From NCBI GenBank assembly GCA_016875635.1, contig VGPD01000007.1:902-64901 (forward strand): a DNA stretch of 64,000 bases. The letters run 5' to 3'. Source of the stretch: Chloroflexota bacterium (GTDB lineage: Bacteria > Chloroflexota > Dehalococcoidia > UBA2979). Numbering within the stretch: position 1 is the stretch's first letter; each line of letters opens with the position of its first letter. A program made the position numbers and the translations under genes. Shown here one piece after another: positions 56,673-64,000 of the stretch. Below the pieces are notes generated by a model. It was not told the DNA's origin, made no database searches, and was given only the letters and a program-made list of their open reading frames with translations.

Positions 56673-56692
56673 TATAGAACCGATGTTCTATA
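56673..56692 (+). promoter_or_regulatory. perfect 8-bp inverted repeat TATAGAAC-CGAT-GTTCTATA containing a GAAC-N4-GTTC (Cheo/LexA-box-like) core, 31 nt upstream of nrdJ
   Basis: Read directly from the sequence. The right arm overlaps a TATACT hexamer at 56689-56694. Confidence 0.5.
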
Positions 56693-56722
56693 CTCCATGC
56701 CCCGAGTGAAAGGGATCCCTCG

Positions 56723-58552
56723 ATGGTCGTCGCGGGACTAAGGACATCGCCGGTCGCGCTCTCCGAGAACGCGCGCGTCGTGCTGGAGAAGCGCTACCTG
56801 CTGCGCGACGCCGAGGGCCGTCTCGCCGAGACGCCCGAGGGGATGCTCGCGCGGGTCGCCCTCGCGATCGCGGCGGCGGAGCCGGAGGCGGAGCGTGGCG
56901 CGTGGGCGCAGCGCTACTACGACGCGATGGCGGCGCGCCGCTTCCTGCCCAACTCCCCCACCCTGATGAACGCCGGCACCGGCCGCGGCACCCTCGCCGC
57001 CTGCTTCGTCCTGCCCGTCGAGGACACCCTCGAGTCGATCATGGCGACGGCGACCGCGGCGGCGATGGTGCAGAAGTACGGCGGCGGCACCGGCTTCTCC
57101 TTCTCCCGCCTGCGCGGCGTCGGCGAGCCGATCGCCACCACCCACGGCGCCGCCTGCGGGCCCGTCTCCGTCCTCGTCCACTACGACGACGTGTCGAGGT
57201 TGGTCACGCAGGGCGGGAAGCGCGACGGCGCGAACATGGGCGTGCTGCGCGCCGACCACCCGGACATCCGCGAGTTCATCCACGCGAAGGACGACGGCGT
57301 CACCGCCACCCGCTTCAACATCTCGGTCGCCGTCACCGACGAGTTCATGGCCGCGGCCACCTCGGAGGGCGAGGGGCGGCGGTTCACCCTGCGTGACCCG
57401 CGCGACGGCGCCCCCCGGGGCGACATCGATGCCGGCACGCTGCTGAACGAGATCGCGCAGTCGGCGTGGCGCACCGGCGACCCCGGCCTGATCTTCCTCG
57501 ACACCATCAACCGCACCAACCCGACGCCCGCGCTCGGCGACATCGAGGCGACCAACCCCTGCGGCGAGGTCCCCCTGCTGCCCTGGGAGGCCTGCACGCT
57601 CGGCTCGCTCAACCTCGCTGCCTTCTGGGACGCCACCCGCCGCGACCTCGACTGGGACGCGCTCGCGGAGACCGTCCGCCTCGCCGTGCGCTTCCTCGAC
57701 GGCGTGGTGGAGGTCAACGAGTTCCCGGTGCCGGAGATCACGGCGGCGGTGCGTGGCAACCGGAAGATCGGGCTGGGCGTCATGGGGTTCGCGGACCTGC
57801 TGATCGCCGCGCGGCTCCCGTACGCCTCGGAGGGCGCGCTCGGGCTGGCGGCGCGCGTCTCACAGTTCATCGCGCGCGAGGCAGACGAGGCGAGCGCGGC
57901 GCTGGGCGAGGAGCGCGGGCCGTTCCCCAACTGGGCGGCCTCGGTCTACCGCGACGGCCCGCGTTACCGAAACGCGACGCGCACCTGCATCGCCCCCACC
58001 GGCACGATCGCGATCATCGCCGGCGCCTCCTCCGGCATCGAGCCGCTCTTCTCGCTCGCGCACGTCCGCCGCATGGGCGACGGCACCCTGCTCCCCGAGG
58101 TGAACGAGGCGTTCCGCGCGGAGGCGGAGGCCAGCGGCTACGCCTCAACCGACCTGCTCGAGGACCTCGCCGGCGGCGTCCTGCTCTCCGACTGCGACGA
58201 GGTGCCCGAGGACATCCGCGCCCGCTTTGCGACGGCGCACGAGATCGACGCCGAGTGGCACGTCCGGATGCAGGCGGCCTTCCAGCAGCACACCGACCTG
58301 GCCGTCTCCAAGACCGTCAACCTCCCGCACGAGGCCACCCCCGCCGATATCCTCGCCACCTACGTCCTCGCCCACCGCCTCGGCTGCAAGGGCGTCACCG
58401 TCTACCGCGACGGCTCACGCGCCCTCCAGGTCCTCGCCCACACCTCGGTTTCGGCGGTCTGCCCGGACTGCGGCCAGCCCCTCGCCGTCCTCGAAGGCTG
58501 CGCGAAGTGCCCCGCCTGCGGCTACGCGAAGTGCGAAGGCGGAGAGGTATAG
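56723..58552 (+). CDS. nrdJ: adenosylcobalamin-dependent (class II) ribonucleotide reductase
   Basis: VLEKRYLLRD, PNSPTLMNAG, ACFVLPVEDTLESI, TNPCGE. C-terminal zinc-finger tail CPDCG...CAKCPACG. Confidence 0.92.
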   Translation: MVVAGLRTSPVALSENARVVLEKRYLLRDAEGRLAETPEGMLARVALAIAAAEPEAERGAWAQRYYDAMAARRFLPNSPTLMNAGTGRGTLAACFVLPVEDTLESIMATATAAAMVQKYGGGTGFSFSRLRGVGEPIATTHGAACGPVSVLVHYDDVSRLVTQGGKRDGANMGVLRADHPDIREFIHAKDDGVTATRFNISVAVTDEFMAAATSEGEGRRFTLRDPRDGAPRGDIDAGTLLNEIAQSAWRTGDPGLIFLDTINRTNPTPALGDIEATNPCGEVPLLPWEACTLGSLNLAAFWDATRRDLDWDALAETVRLAVRFLDGVVEVNEFPVPEITAAVRGNRKIGLGVMGFADLLIAARLPYASEGALGLAARVSQFIAREADEASAALGEERGPFPNWAASVYRDGPRYRNATRTCIAPTGTIAIIAGASSGIEPLFSLAHVRRMGDGTLLPEVNEAFRAEAEASGYASTDLLEDLAGGVLLSDCDEVPEDIRARFATAHEIDAEWHVRMQAAFQQHTDLAVSKTVNLPHEATPADILATYVLAHRLGCKGVTVYRDGSRALQVLAHTSVSAVCPDCGQPLAVLEGCAKCPACGYAKCEGGEV

Positions 58553-58730
58553 GCGTGGCACACGACCGATCGATTTTGCTGCGTGCGTCGACTGAACGGG
58601 CCCTCAGTCTCCCCTCGTGACACCCCCCGCGTCCAAGACCCACTCGATACCCACCCCACGCCCCCGACTAACCTGAACTGCCACCGCTCGGTTTTGAAGA
58701 GGCGAGCCCCGATCTTGCCCGGTGCTATCG

Positions 58731-59276
58731 CTAGGGCGTCCAGCCGGGCAACGCCGCTGCCTGCTTCACCCATGCCGCCAACTGCACCTCGTCGAGTTCG
58801 TCGTCTTCGTGGATGTCGAGGTAGCGCACGTCCTGGTGCTTGCTGGGGCCGGGCGGGGCAGGTCGCAGCGATGCGCCGTTGAAGAAGGTCACCTTTACGT
58901 AGCGGGTGAAGACGTGGAAGGAGAGGAACCAGCCCTGGCCCTCGACGCCGTAGAACGGCGAGTTCCACTTCACGGCCTTGCGCACCCCGGGCACGTTTCG
59001 CACGATGAGCGCGTCGAGCCGTTTCCCGACGTCGCGCTTCCAGTCCGGCATCGCTGCGATGTACGCCTGCACCGGGGTGTCACCGTCCGCCTTCGCGATG
59101 CGCGGGTTGCCGCCTGAGAGGAGGACGGGAGCCTGCTCGCCTGTCCGCGCCCTGGCCGGCCTGGCCTCGCTCGCCGGACCTCGTTTCGCGGTCGGGGATG
59201 CGGACTTAGTGGGCGGCTTACGGGGCGGGTTTGCGCGCGACGTGCCCTCGGCCTTCGGTTTCGCTCTGCCAGGCAT
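58731..59276 (-). CDS. DUF1801 (YdhG-like) domain protein with Lys/Pro/Ala-rich basic N-terminal tail
   Basis: VQAYIAAMPDWKRDVGKRLDALI...AVKWNSPFYG...YVKVTFFNG. Start set at ATG 59276, after the upstream gene's stop. Confidence 0.7.
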   Translation of the reverse strand: MPGRAKPKAEGTSRANPPRKPPTKSASPTAKRGPASEARPARARTGEQAPVLLSGGNPRIAKADGDTPVQAYIAAMPDWKRDVGKRLDALIVRNVPGVRKAVKWNSPFYGVEGQGWFLSFHVFTRYVKVTFFNGASLRPAPPGPSKHQDVRYLDIHEDDELDEVQLAAWVKQAAALPGWTP

Positions 59277-59364
59277 CGCCACATGTCCTTCACACGTCGC
59301 TGGAACGCCCGAGATGGTACCCGCTGACATGGCCCTCCCCCTCGGGGAAGGACGAAGCCGCTCG

Positions 59365-60264
59365 CTACCCCTCGATCGCGTCCAGCGCCGCGTCGAAACG
59401 CCAGGCATCGCCGGAGCGGGAGATCCGTCCGACGGAGGGCGAGCCGAAGTGGCTGCCCAGGACGAGCGTGCCGGTGTCCGCGTAACGGGCGAGGAAGGCT
59501 CGGCGGCCAGCGGCGCCCGCTGCCTTGTCCCGGTCGAGGCCGGAGGCAAGGTCAGGGAACGCGCACTGGATCGGGGAGTGCATCACGTCGCCGGTGATCA
59601 CGGCGCGCTGGCCGCGCGATTCGATCTCGATGCAGACGTGGCCGGGGGTGTGGCCGTGCATCGGCACGAGGCGCACATCGGGGCTCACGACATGGTCGAC
59701 GGGGACGAAGGCGGCGAGGCCTGCCGCGACGACCGGACGGACGGAGTCGGACAGCAGCTGTTCGGTGGCGGACTCCGTCAGCGAGACGGAGTTCCAGTAC
59801 CCGTATTCCGGCCGGACGAAGAGATGGCGTGCCTGCGGAAACGTCGGCACCCACTCACCGCCCTCGAAGCGCGTGTCCCAGCCGCAATGGTCGACGTGGA
59901 TGTGCGTGCAGAGGACGTGGTTGACGGCCTCGGGCGTCACGCCGAGGGCCGCCAGCCGGGCGAGGTACGGCGTGTCGAGGTGATGGAACTGCGGGATGCC
60001 CCCGGCACGATCCTTGCCGTTCCCGACACCGGTATCGACGAGCATGACCGCCGACGGCGTCTTCACGACGAAGGTGTGGATGCTCTGGAGGAGAAAGCCG
60101 TCCGCGTTCTGGAAGTGTGGCTGCAGCCACTCCGAGCAGGGGGCCGTCGCCTCCCGGGTCACGTCCGGCAGCAGCCAGCGGACCGAGGTGGGGAGGACGA
60201 GCTCGTCCACCCGCTCGATGGTGACGTCGCCGACGCGGATCACGGGGCCATCTGCGGTTGCCAT
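59365..60264 (-). CDS. MBL-fold metallo-hydrolase (lactonase-like)
   Basis: HxHxDH motif THIHVDHCG. Downstream HGHTPGH and GDVMH ligand motifs. Confidence 0.85.
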   Translation of the reverse strand: MATADGPVIRVGDVTIERVDELVLPTSVRWLLPDVTREATAPCSEWLQPHFQNADGFLLQSIHTFVVKTPSAVMLVDTGVGNGKDRAGGIPQFHHLDTPYLARLAALGVTPEAVNHVLCTHIHVDHCGWDTRFEGGEWVPTFPQARHLFVRPEYGYWNSVSLTESATEQLLSDSVRPVVAAGLAAFVPVDHVVSPDVRLVPMHGHTPGHVCIEIESRGQRAVITGDVMHSPIQCAFPDLASGLDRDKAAGAAGRRAFLARYADTGTLVLGSHFGSPSVGRISRSGDAWRFDAALDAIEG

Positions 60265-60348
60265 GGGAGCACCTCCACCGACGGCATCGTAGACCCTTCA
60301 CGTACTCCCTCTCGAATATCCGCTGCCCCGCCCGTCTACACTACTGAT

Positions 60349-60648
60349 ATGGCGCGCCGCGATCCCCCACCCGAGTTCGAGAACGCCTCATGGCGCGAGA
60401 CGCTGGAGATCATCTGGATCGTCTTCCAAACGCTCGCGATGCCTCTGGCGTTCATGGCGGGCACTCTTGGCCTGCTCGTCTGGATCCTGCTCGCGTTGCT
60501 ATCGAACGTGTGGACGGTGATCTTCCCGCTCGGGATCTTTGGGGTGGTGATCCTCTGGTTCGTGCGGCGCGACCGCCGGGAGGCGGCAAAGCTGATTGCG
60601 GAGCGCGACGGCCTGGCCCCGCCCGGCCCGCGGCGCCCGGGCCTCTAG
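60349..60648 (+). CDS. small membrane protein (99 aa, 2-3 TM)
   Basis: C-terminal portion of shadow ORF 58978..60648 with high GC3. Hydrophobic IIWIVFQTLAMPLAFMAGTLGLLVWILLALL and VIFPLGIFGVVILWF. Lies 5 nt before yggS. Confidence 0.5.
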   Translation: MARRDPPPEFENASWRETLEIIWIVFQTLAMPLAFMAGTLGLLVWILLALLSNVWTVIFPLGIFGVVILWFVRRDRREAAKLIAERDGLAPPGPRRPGL

Positions 60649-60653
60649 GCGCC

Positions 60654-61373
60654 ATGGCCTCCACCGGCACCCTCGACATCAGCGCGAACGTGGCGGCCGT
60701 CCGCGCTCGGATCGCGGAGGCCTGCGATCGCGCCGGACGCGACCCGGCCACGGTGACGCTGGTTGCCGTCTCCAAAGGCCACCCGGTGGCCCTCGTCCGC
60801 GCCGCCGCCGAGGCCGGCTGCCTCGACCTCGGCGAGAACCGGGCGCAGGAGTTGCTCCCAAAGGCGGCCGAGGCGGCCTCATCGGGGCTCATCCCGCTCC
60901 CCCGATGGCACTTCATCGGTCACCTCCAGCGGAACAAGGTGTGGGACGTGCTGCCGCACATCGCGGCGCTGCACTCGCTGGATTCGGTCGACCTCGTGCG
61001 GGAGATCGAGCAGCGCGCCGGCGGCCTCGATGCGGGCATCCGACTCCCCCGCTACCCCCTCCCCTGCTACCTTGAGGTCAACGTGGCCGGAGAGGCGCAG
61101 AAGCATGGCGTCACGCCCGACGCTCTGCCCGATCTGCTGCGGGCGGCTCAGGCCTGCGAGGCGATCGAGGTGCGCGGCCTGATGACCGTCGCGCCACACC
61201 TCGGAGACCCGGAGCGGGTGCGACCTGTCTTCCGCGCGCTGCGCGCGCTGGCGGAGGCGCATGGACTGGACGAGCTCTCGATGGGGATGACCGAGGACTA
61301 CCCGGTCGCCATCGAAGAGGGCGCGACGGTGGTGCGGGTCGGGCGCGCGATCTTTGGAGCGCGGCCCGCGTAG
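60654..61373 (+). CDS. yggS: YggS-family pyridoxal-phosphate homeostasis protein
   Basis: TLVAVSKGHP (PLP lysine), HFIGHLQRNK and ELSMGMTEDY. Confidence 0.9.
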   Translation: MASTGTLDISANVAAVRARIAEACDRAGRDPATVTLVAVSKGHPVALVRAAAEAGCLDLGENRAQELLPKAAEAASSGLIPLPRWHFIGHLQRNKVWDVLPHIAALHSLDSVDLVREIEQRAGGLDAGIRLPRYPLPCYLEVNVAGEAQKHGVTPDALPDLLRAAQACEAIEVRGLMTVAPHLGDPERVRPVFRALRALAEAHGLDELSMGMTEDYPVAIEEGATVVRVGRAIFGARPA

Positions 61374-61413
61374 AGGCCGCCCGCCGGGTGACGGGTGCGG
61401 GCCAGGGGGCGTC

Positions 61414-62214
61414 ATGCGAATCGGAATCATCGGCGGCGGTTTCATGGGGGAAGCGTTCCTCCGCGGCCTCGTGCGCGGAAACGTCGCCACACCGAACGAC
61501 ATCGCGGTCGCGGAGGTCTCGCCGGCGCGCCGGACGGCCCTCGCGGAACACGGCGTGCGTGTGACCGAGGACGCCCAGAGCGCGGCCATCGGCGCAGAGG
61601 TCGTGCTGATCGCGGTAAAGCCGCAGGACCTTGCTACCGCCGGGGGCTCGCTCCAGGGCGCGATCGCGAAGGACGCCGTGGTCATCTCCATCGCCGCCGG
61701 CGTCCGCCTCGACGACGTCCGGCGCTTCACCGCCCACCGCGCCTGCGTCCGGGTGATGCCGAACCTCCCCGCCGCCATCGGGGAGGGCGCCGCGGTCTAC
61801 CTCGTCGCCCCCGAGGTCTCCGCCGCCCAGCGCACACGCGTCCGCGAGGTCGTGGCCGCCGTCGCGAAGGTCGCGGTCGAAGTCCAGGATGACGACGACG
61901 TCGACCTCGCGACCGCGATCCACGGATCCGGGCCAGCCTACGTCTACCTGTTCATCGAGTCGCTGGTGGAAGTTGCCGTGCGGCTGGGGATGAAGCGCCA
62001 CGACGCAGAGCAACTGGTCCTCGCGACCGTCTCCGGATCGGCGGCCTACGCGATCGAGACCGGGCAGCACCCGGCCGTCCTGCGCAACGCCGTCACCTCG
62101 CCGGGCGGCACGACCGCTGCCGCGCTCGCCGAACTCGAGGCCGCGGGATTCCGCACGGCCATCGATTCCGCCGTGGACGCCGCGTTCGAGCGGGCGCAAG
62201 AGCTGGGGGAGTAA
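61414..62214 (+). CDS. proC: pyrroline-5-carboxylate reductase
   Basis: IGIIGGGFMGEA and SPGGTTAAALAELE. Confidence 0.92.
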   Translation: MRIGIIGGGFMGEAFLRGLVRGNVATPNDIAVAEVSPARRTALAEHGVRVTEDAQSAAIGAEVVLIAVKPQDLATAGGSLQGAIAKDAVVISIAAGVRLDDVRRFTAHRACVRVMPNLPAAIGEGAAVYLVAPEVSAAQRTRVREVVAAVAKVAVEVQDDDDVDLATAIHGSGPAYVYLFIESLVEVAVRLGMKRHDAEQLVLATVSGSAAYAIETGQHPAVLRNAVTSPGGTTAAALAELEAAGFRTAIDSAVDAAFERAQELGE

Positions 62215-62217
62215 CGG

Positions 62218-62472
62218 ATGCAGACGCTCGTCACGGTGGTGGCATACCTGGTGCAGTTCCTGGGGTTCGCCATCTTCGCCCGGTCGATCATCTCCTGGTT
62301 CCCGATCGACAAGAACGGTCCGGTGTTCCAGGCGCTGGCGGCGATCACCGACCCGATCCTCGAGCCGCTCCGCAAGGTCATCCCGCCGATCGGCATGATC
62401 GACATCTCGCCGATGGTCGCGATGCTCGCGCTCTTCTTCCTCGCGAACGTCCTCACGAGCCTCGCCTTCTAG
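62218..62472 (+). CDS. yggT: YggT-family membrane protein
   Basis: ARSIISWFP...TDPILEPLRKVIPPIGMIDISP. Confidence 0.88.
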   Translation: MQTLVTVVAYLVQFLGFAIFARSIISWFPIDKNGPVFQALAAITDPILEPLRKVIPPIGMIDISPMVAMLALFFLANVLTSLAF

Positions 62473-62486
62473 CGAAACGCCGTGGG

Positions 62487-62807
62487 CTACGCCTCGCCCT
62501 CCGGCGGACCGTCGTAGCCCACGCGTCGCCACACCTCAGCGACCTCCAGGCCCTCGATCTCGACGACTTTCGACTTCGACGTCTGCCCGCCGACGATCCG
62601 CACGGCGCGCGTCGCGATGCCGAGGCGCTTTGCGAGCACGCGCGTAATCGCCTCGTTCGCCGCGCCGTCCACCGGCGCCGCCGTCACGCGGACGAGCAAC
62701 GCGCCCATCCGCATCCCGACCACCACGTCTCGTGAGGCCCGCGGGACGACACGAAGCGCGATGCGCACACTCGGAAGGCCGGGTTCAGGACGCGGGCGCA
62801 GCGGCAT
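62487..62807 (-). CDS. DUF167 (YggU-like) protein; true start may be GTG 62768
   Basis: LRVVPRASRD...VRVTAAPVDGAANEAITRVLAKRLG...GQTSKSKVVEIEG. GC3 is lower in the first 13 codons. Confidence 0.8.
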   Translation of the reverse strand: MPLRPRPEPGLPSVRIALRVVPRASRDVVVGMRMGALLVRVTAAPVDGAANEAITRVLAKRLGIATRAVRIVGGQTSKSKVVEIEGLEVAEVWRRVGYDGPPEGEA

Positions 62808-62925
62808 TGGTCATTCCTCCACCATCGGACCTCGCCGCATCGTGCGCCCCTGGGCCGCTGTCCGTCGAGGTCGCCGAACCATCGGGGACAGCCCGTTTGT
62901 CTTTGGCGAAGCTACGGGCCTAGGA
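62730..62925 (+). ncRNA. tentative M-box (Mg2+ riboswitch)-like leader of mgtE
   Basis: M-box-like elements in the expected order: GTGAGGC (62732), CGGCATTGGTCA (62802), GGCGAAGCTACGGG (62905). A closing 7-bp pairing AGGCCCG (62735) with CGGGCCT (62915). Judged by eye only. Confidence 0.25.
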
Positions 62926-63038
62926 TGAGAGACAGGTGGCAAGCGCCGCCGGAGGGTTGAGATGGGCGATACGAACGGTCCGAGTATTCGCTAGTCGCCC
63001 CGGCGCGTCATGCCTCGCCGTGGGCGAGGAGGCGCGCG

Positions 63039-64000
63039 ATGACCCAGTCACACGACGACGCCGAATTCGCGGTGCTCCCGACGGAGGAAGCCTCCTCCCC
63101 CGCCGAGCAGTGGCTCGCCGTGCCCTCGGACGAGCGCGTCTCCACCTTCCAGGCACTCCCGCGCGCCGAGGCAGCCGAGGTCTTCCAGGCGCTCGACCCG
63201 TCTGAGCAGGTGGTGCTGCTGGACGCCCTCCCCGTGCAGGAGCGTCGTATCTGGATCCGGCTGCTCCCGCTGGACGCCACGGCGGACGTGATCCAACACG
63301 CCGGCAACGACGAGGAACGCGTCGCCCTCCTCGACCTCCTCGACCCCGTGACGCGGGTGGAGGTCCAGGCCCTGCTCGCCTACGCGGACGACGAGGCCGG
63401 CGGGAAGATGAACCCTCGGTACGCGCGCCTGCGCCCGGAGATGACCGTGGAGCAGGCGAGCTTCTACGTCCGTCACCAGACCGGACGCCAGATCGACCTG
63501 ATCTACTACCTCTACATCGTGGACGACCACGACCACCTGGTGGGTGTCCTCTCGTTCCGCGACCTGCTGACCGCGCGTCCGCAGGCCCGCATCGGCGAGA
63601 TCATGCGGCGCGACTTCACGGCGGTGCACGAGGACGACGACCAGGAGACGGTGGCGCGCGTCCTCCAGAACGCCGGCCTCTTGGCGATCCCGGTCGTCGA
63701 CGACGCGGGCCGCATGAAGGGCATCATCTCCGCCGACGACGTGCTGGACGTGCTGCAGGACGAGGCGACGGAGGACATCCAGAAGCTGGGCGGCGTCGAA
63801 GCCCTCGACCTGCCGTACTCACGCACCGGTGTCCTCACGCTGGTGCGGAAGCGTGCCGGTTGGCTCTCCATCCTCTTCGTGGGCGAGATGCTGACCGCGA
63901 CCGCGATCGGCTTCTTCGAGCATGAGTTAGAGCGGGCGGTGATCCTCGCGCTCTTCCTGCCCATGATCATCTCAAGCGGCGGCAATACCGGGTCACAGGC
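63039..64000 (+). CDS. mgtE: magnesium transporter MgtE (5' part; continues beyond the window)
   Basis: No ORF-track entry because there is no stop in the window. Manual translation gives MTQSHDD...N-domain, two CBS domains (IYYLYIVDDHDHLVGVLSFRDLL, AIPVVDDAGRMKGIISADDV) and the TM start with PMIISSGGNTGSQ. SD GAGGAGG lies 7 nt upstream. Confidence 0.9.
   Translation, partial: MTQSHDDAEFAVLPTEEASSPAEQWLAVPSDERVSTFQALPRAEAAEVFQALDPSEQVVLLDALPVQERRIWIRLLPLDATADVIQHAGNDEERVALLDLLDPVTRVEVQALLAYADDEAGGKMNPRYARLRPEMTVEQASFYVRHQTGRQIDLIYYLYIVDDHDHLVGVLSFRDLLTARPQARIGEIMRRDFTAVHEDDDQETVARVLQNAGLLAIPVVDDAGRMKGIISADDVLDVLQDEATEDIQKLGGVEALDLPYSRTGVLTLVRKRAGWLSILFVGEMLTATAIGFFEHELERAVILALFLPMIISSGGNTGSQ

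Noticed and set aside
56673-56692. Interpreting the nrdJ-upstream palindrome as a canonical NrdR box.
   Set aside because: It shares only the CTATA/TATAG core with the 16-bp NrdR-box consensus. It lacks the flanking ACAC/GTGT, and I see no second box at the usual spacing of about 21 or 31 bp. It is kept as an alternative hypothesis in the finding, not as the call.

Overview
This is a high-GC bacterial chromosomal segment (roughly two-thirds G+C by eye, with a very strong GC3 bias). I used the GC3 bias to separate real frames from the many long antisense shadow ORFs. Almost the whole window is densely packed core housekeeping.

Left to right:
- Two lipoproteins (M28 peptidase, LysM).
- A central-carbon block: acyl-CoA carboxyltransferase, icd, mdh and fumC, convergent with a three-subunit sdhCAB.
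- A NUDIX / GNAT / nadK / tlyA group.
- tig-clpP-clpX.
- A peptide-type ABC importer with no ATPase genes.
- aspS.
- A short mosaic accessory patch at about 23.97-25.64 kb.
- A DUF2157 membrane protein, hemW, a zinc-ribbon ORF and selB.
- def-yajC-(acidic repeat ORF)-secD-secF, then priA and mogA-trmD-rplS.
- A complete but atypical dcw cluster: mraZ-rsmH-ftsL-ftsI-murF-mraY-murD-ftsW-murG-murC-ddl-ftsQ-ftsA-ftsZ.
- nrdR and class II nrdJ, DUF1801, an MBL hydrolase, yggS-proC-yggT, DUF167, and the 5' part of mgtE.

I found no rRNA, tRNA, CRISPR array, integrase or transposase. FtsA is present, which argues against Actinobacteria. The lineage may be Chloroflexota/Thermomicrobia-like or another high-GC group, but that is inference only.

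The candidates most worth follow-up:
1. A DUF4258-DUF2283-XRE cassette in which the toxin-like and antitoxin-like modules are one reading frame. It sits behind a leaderless promoter that carries a perfect palindromic operator.
2. The decayed mosaic island around that cassette: an Ltp lipoprotein fragment, a TM fragment and a truncated PPOX gene.
3. A poly-acidic 'DEDDW'-repeat protein translationally coupled inside the yajC-secDF operon.
4. A SecF with an SH3-like insertion of about 110 aa.
5. An ftsZ ORF with a 194-codon N-terminal extension and two Shine-Dalgarno-equipped starts.
6. A GAAC-N4-GTTC palindrome in front of nrdJ.

All start codons are inferred from the sequence. All family assignments come from motif recognition by eye, not from searches.
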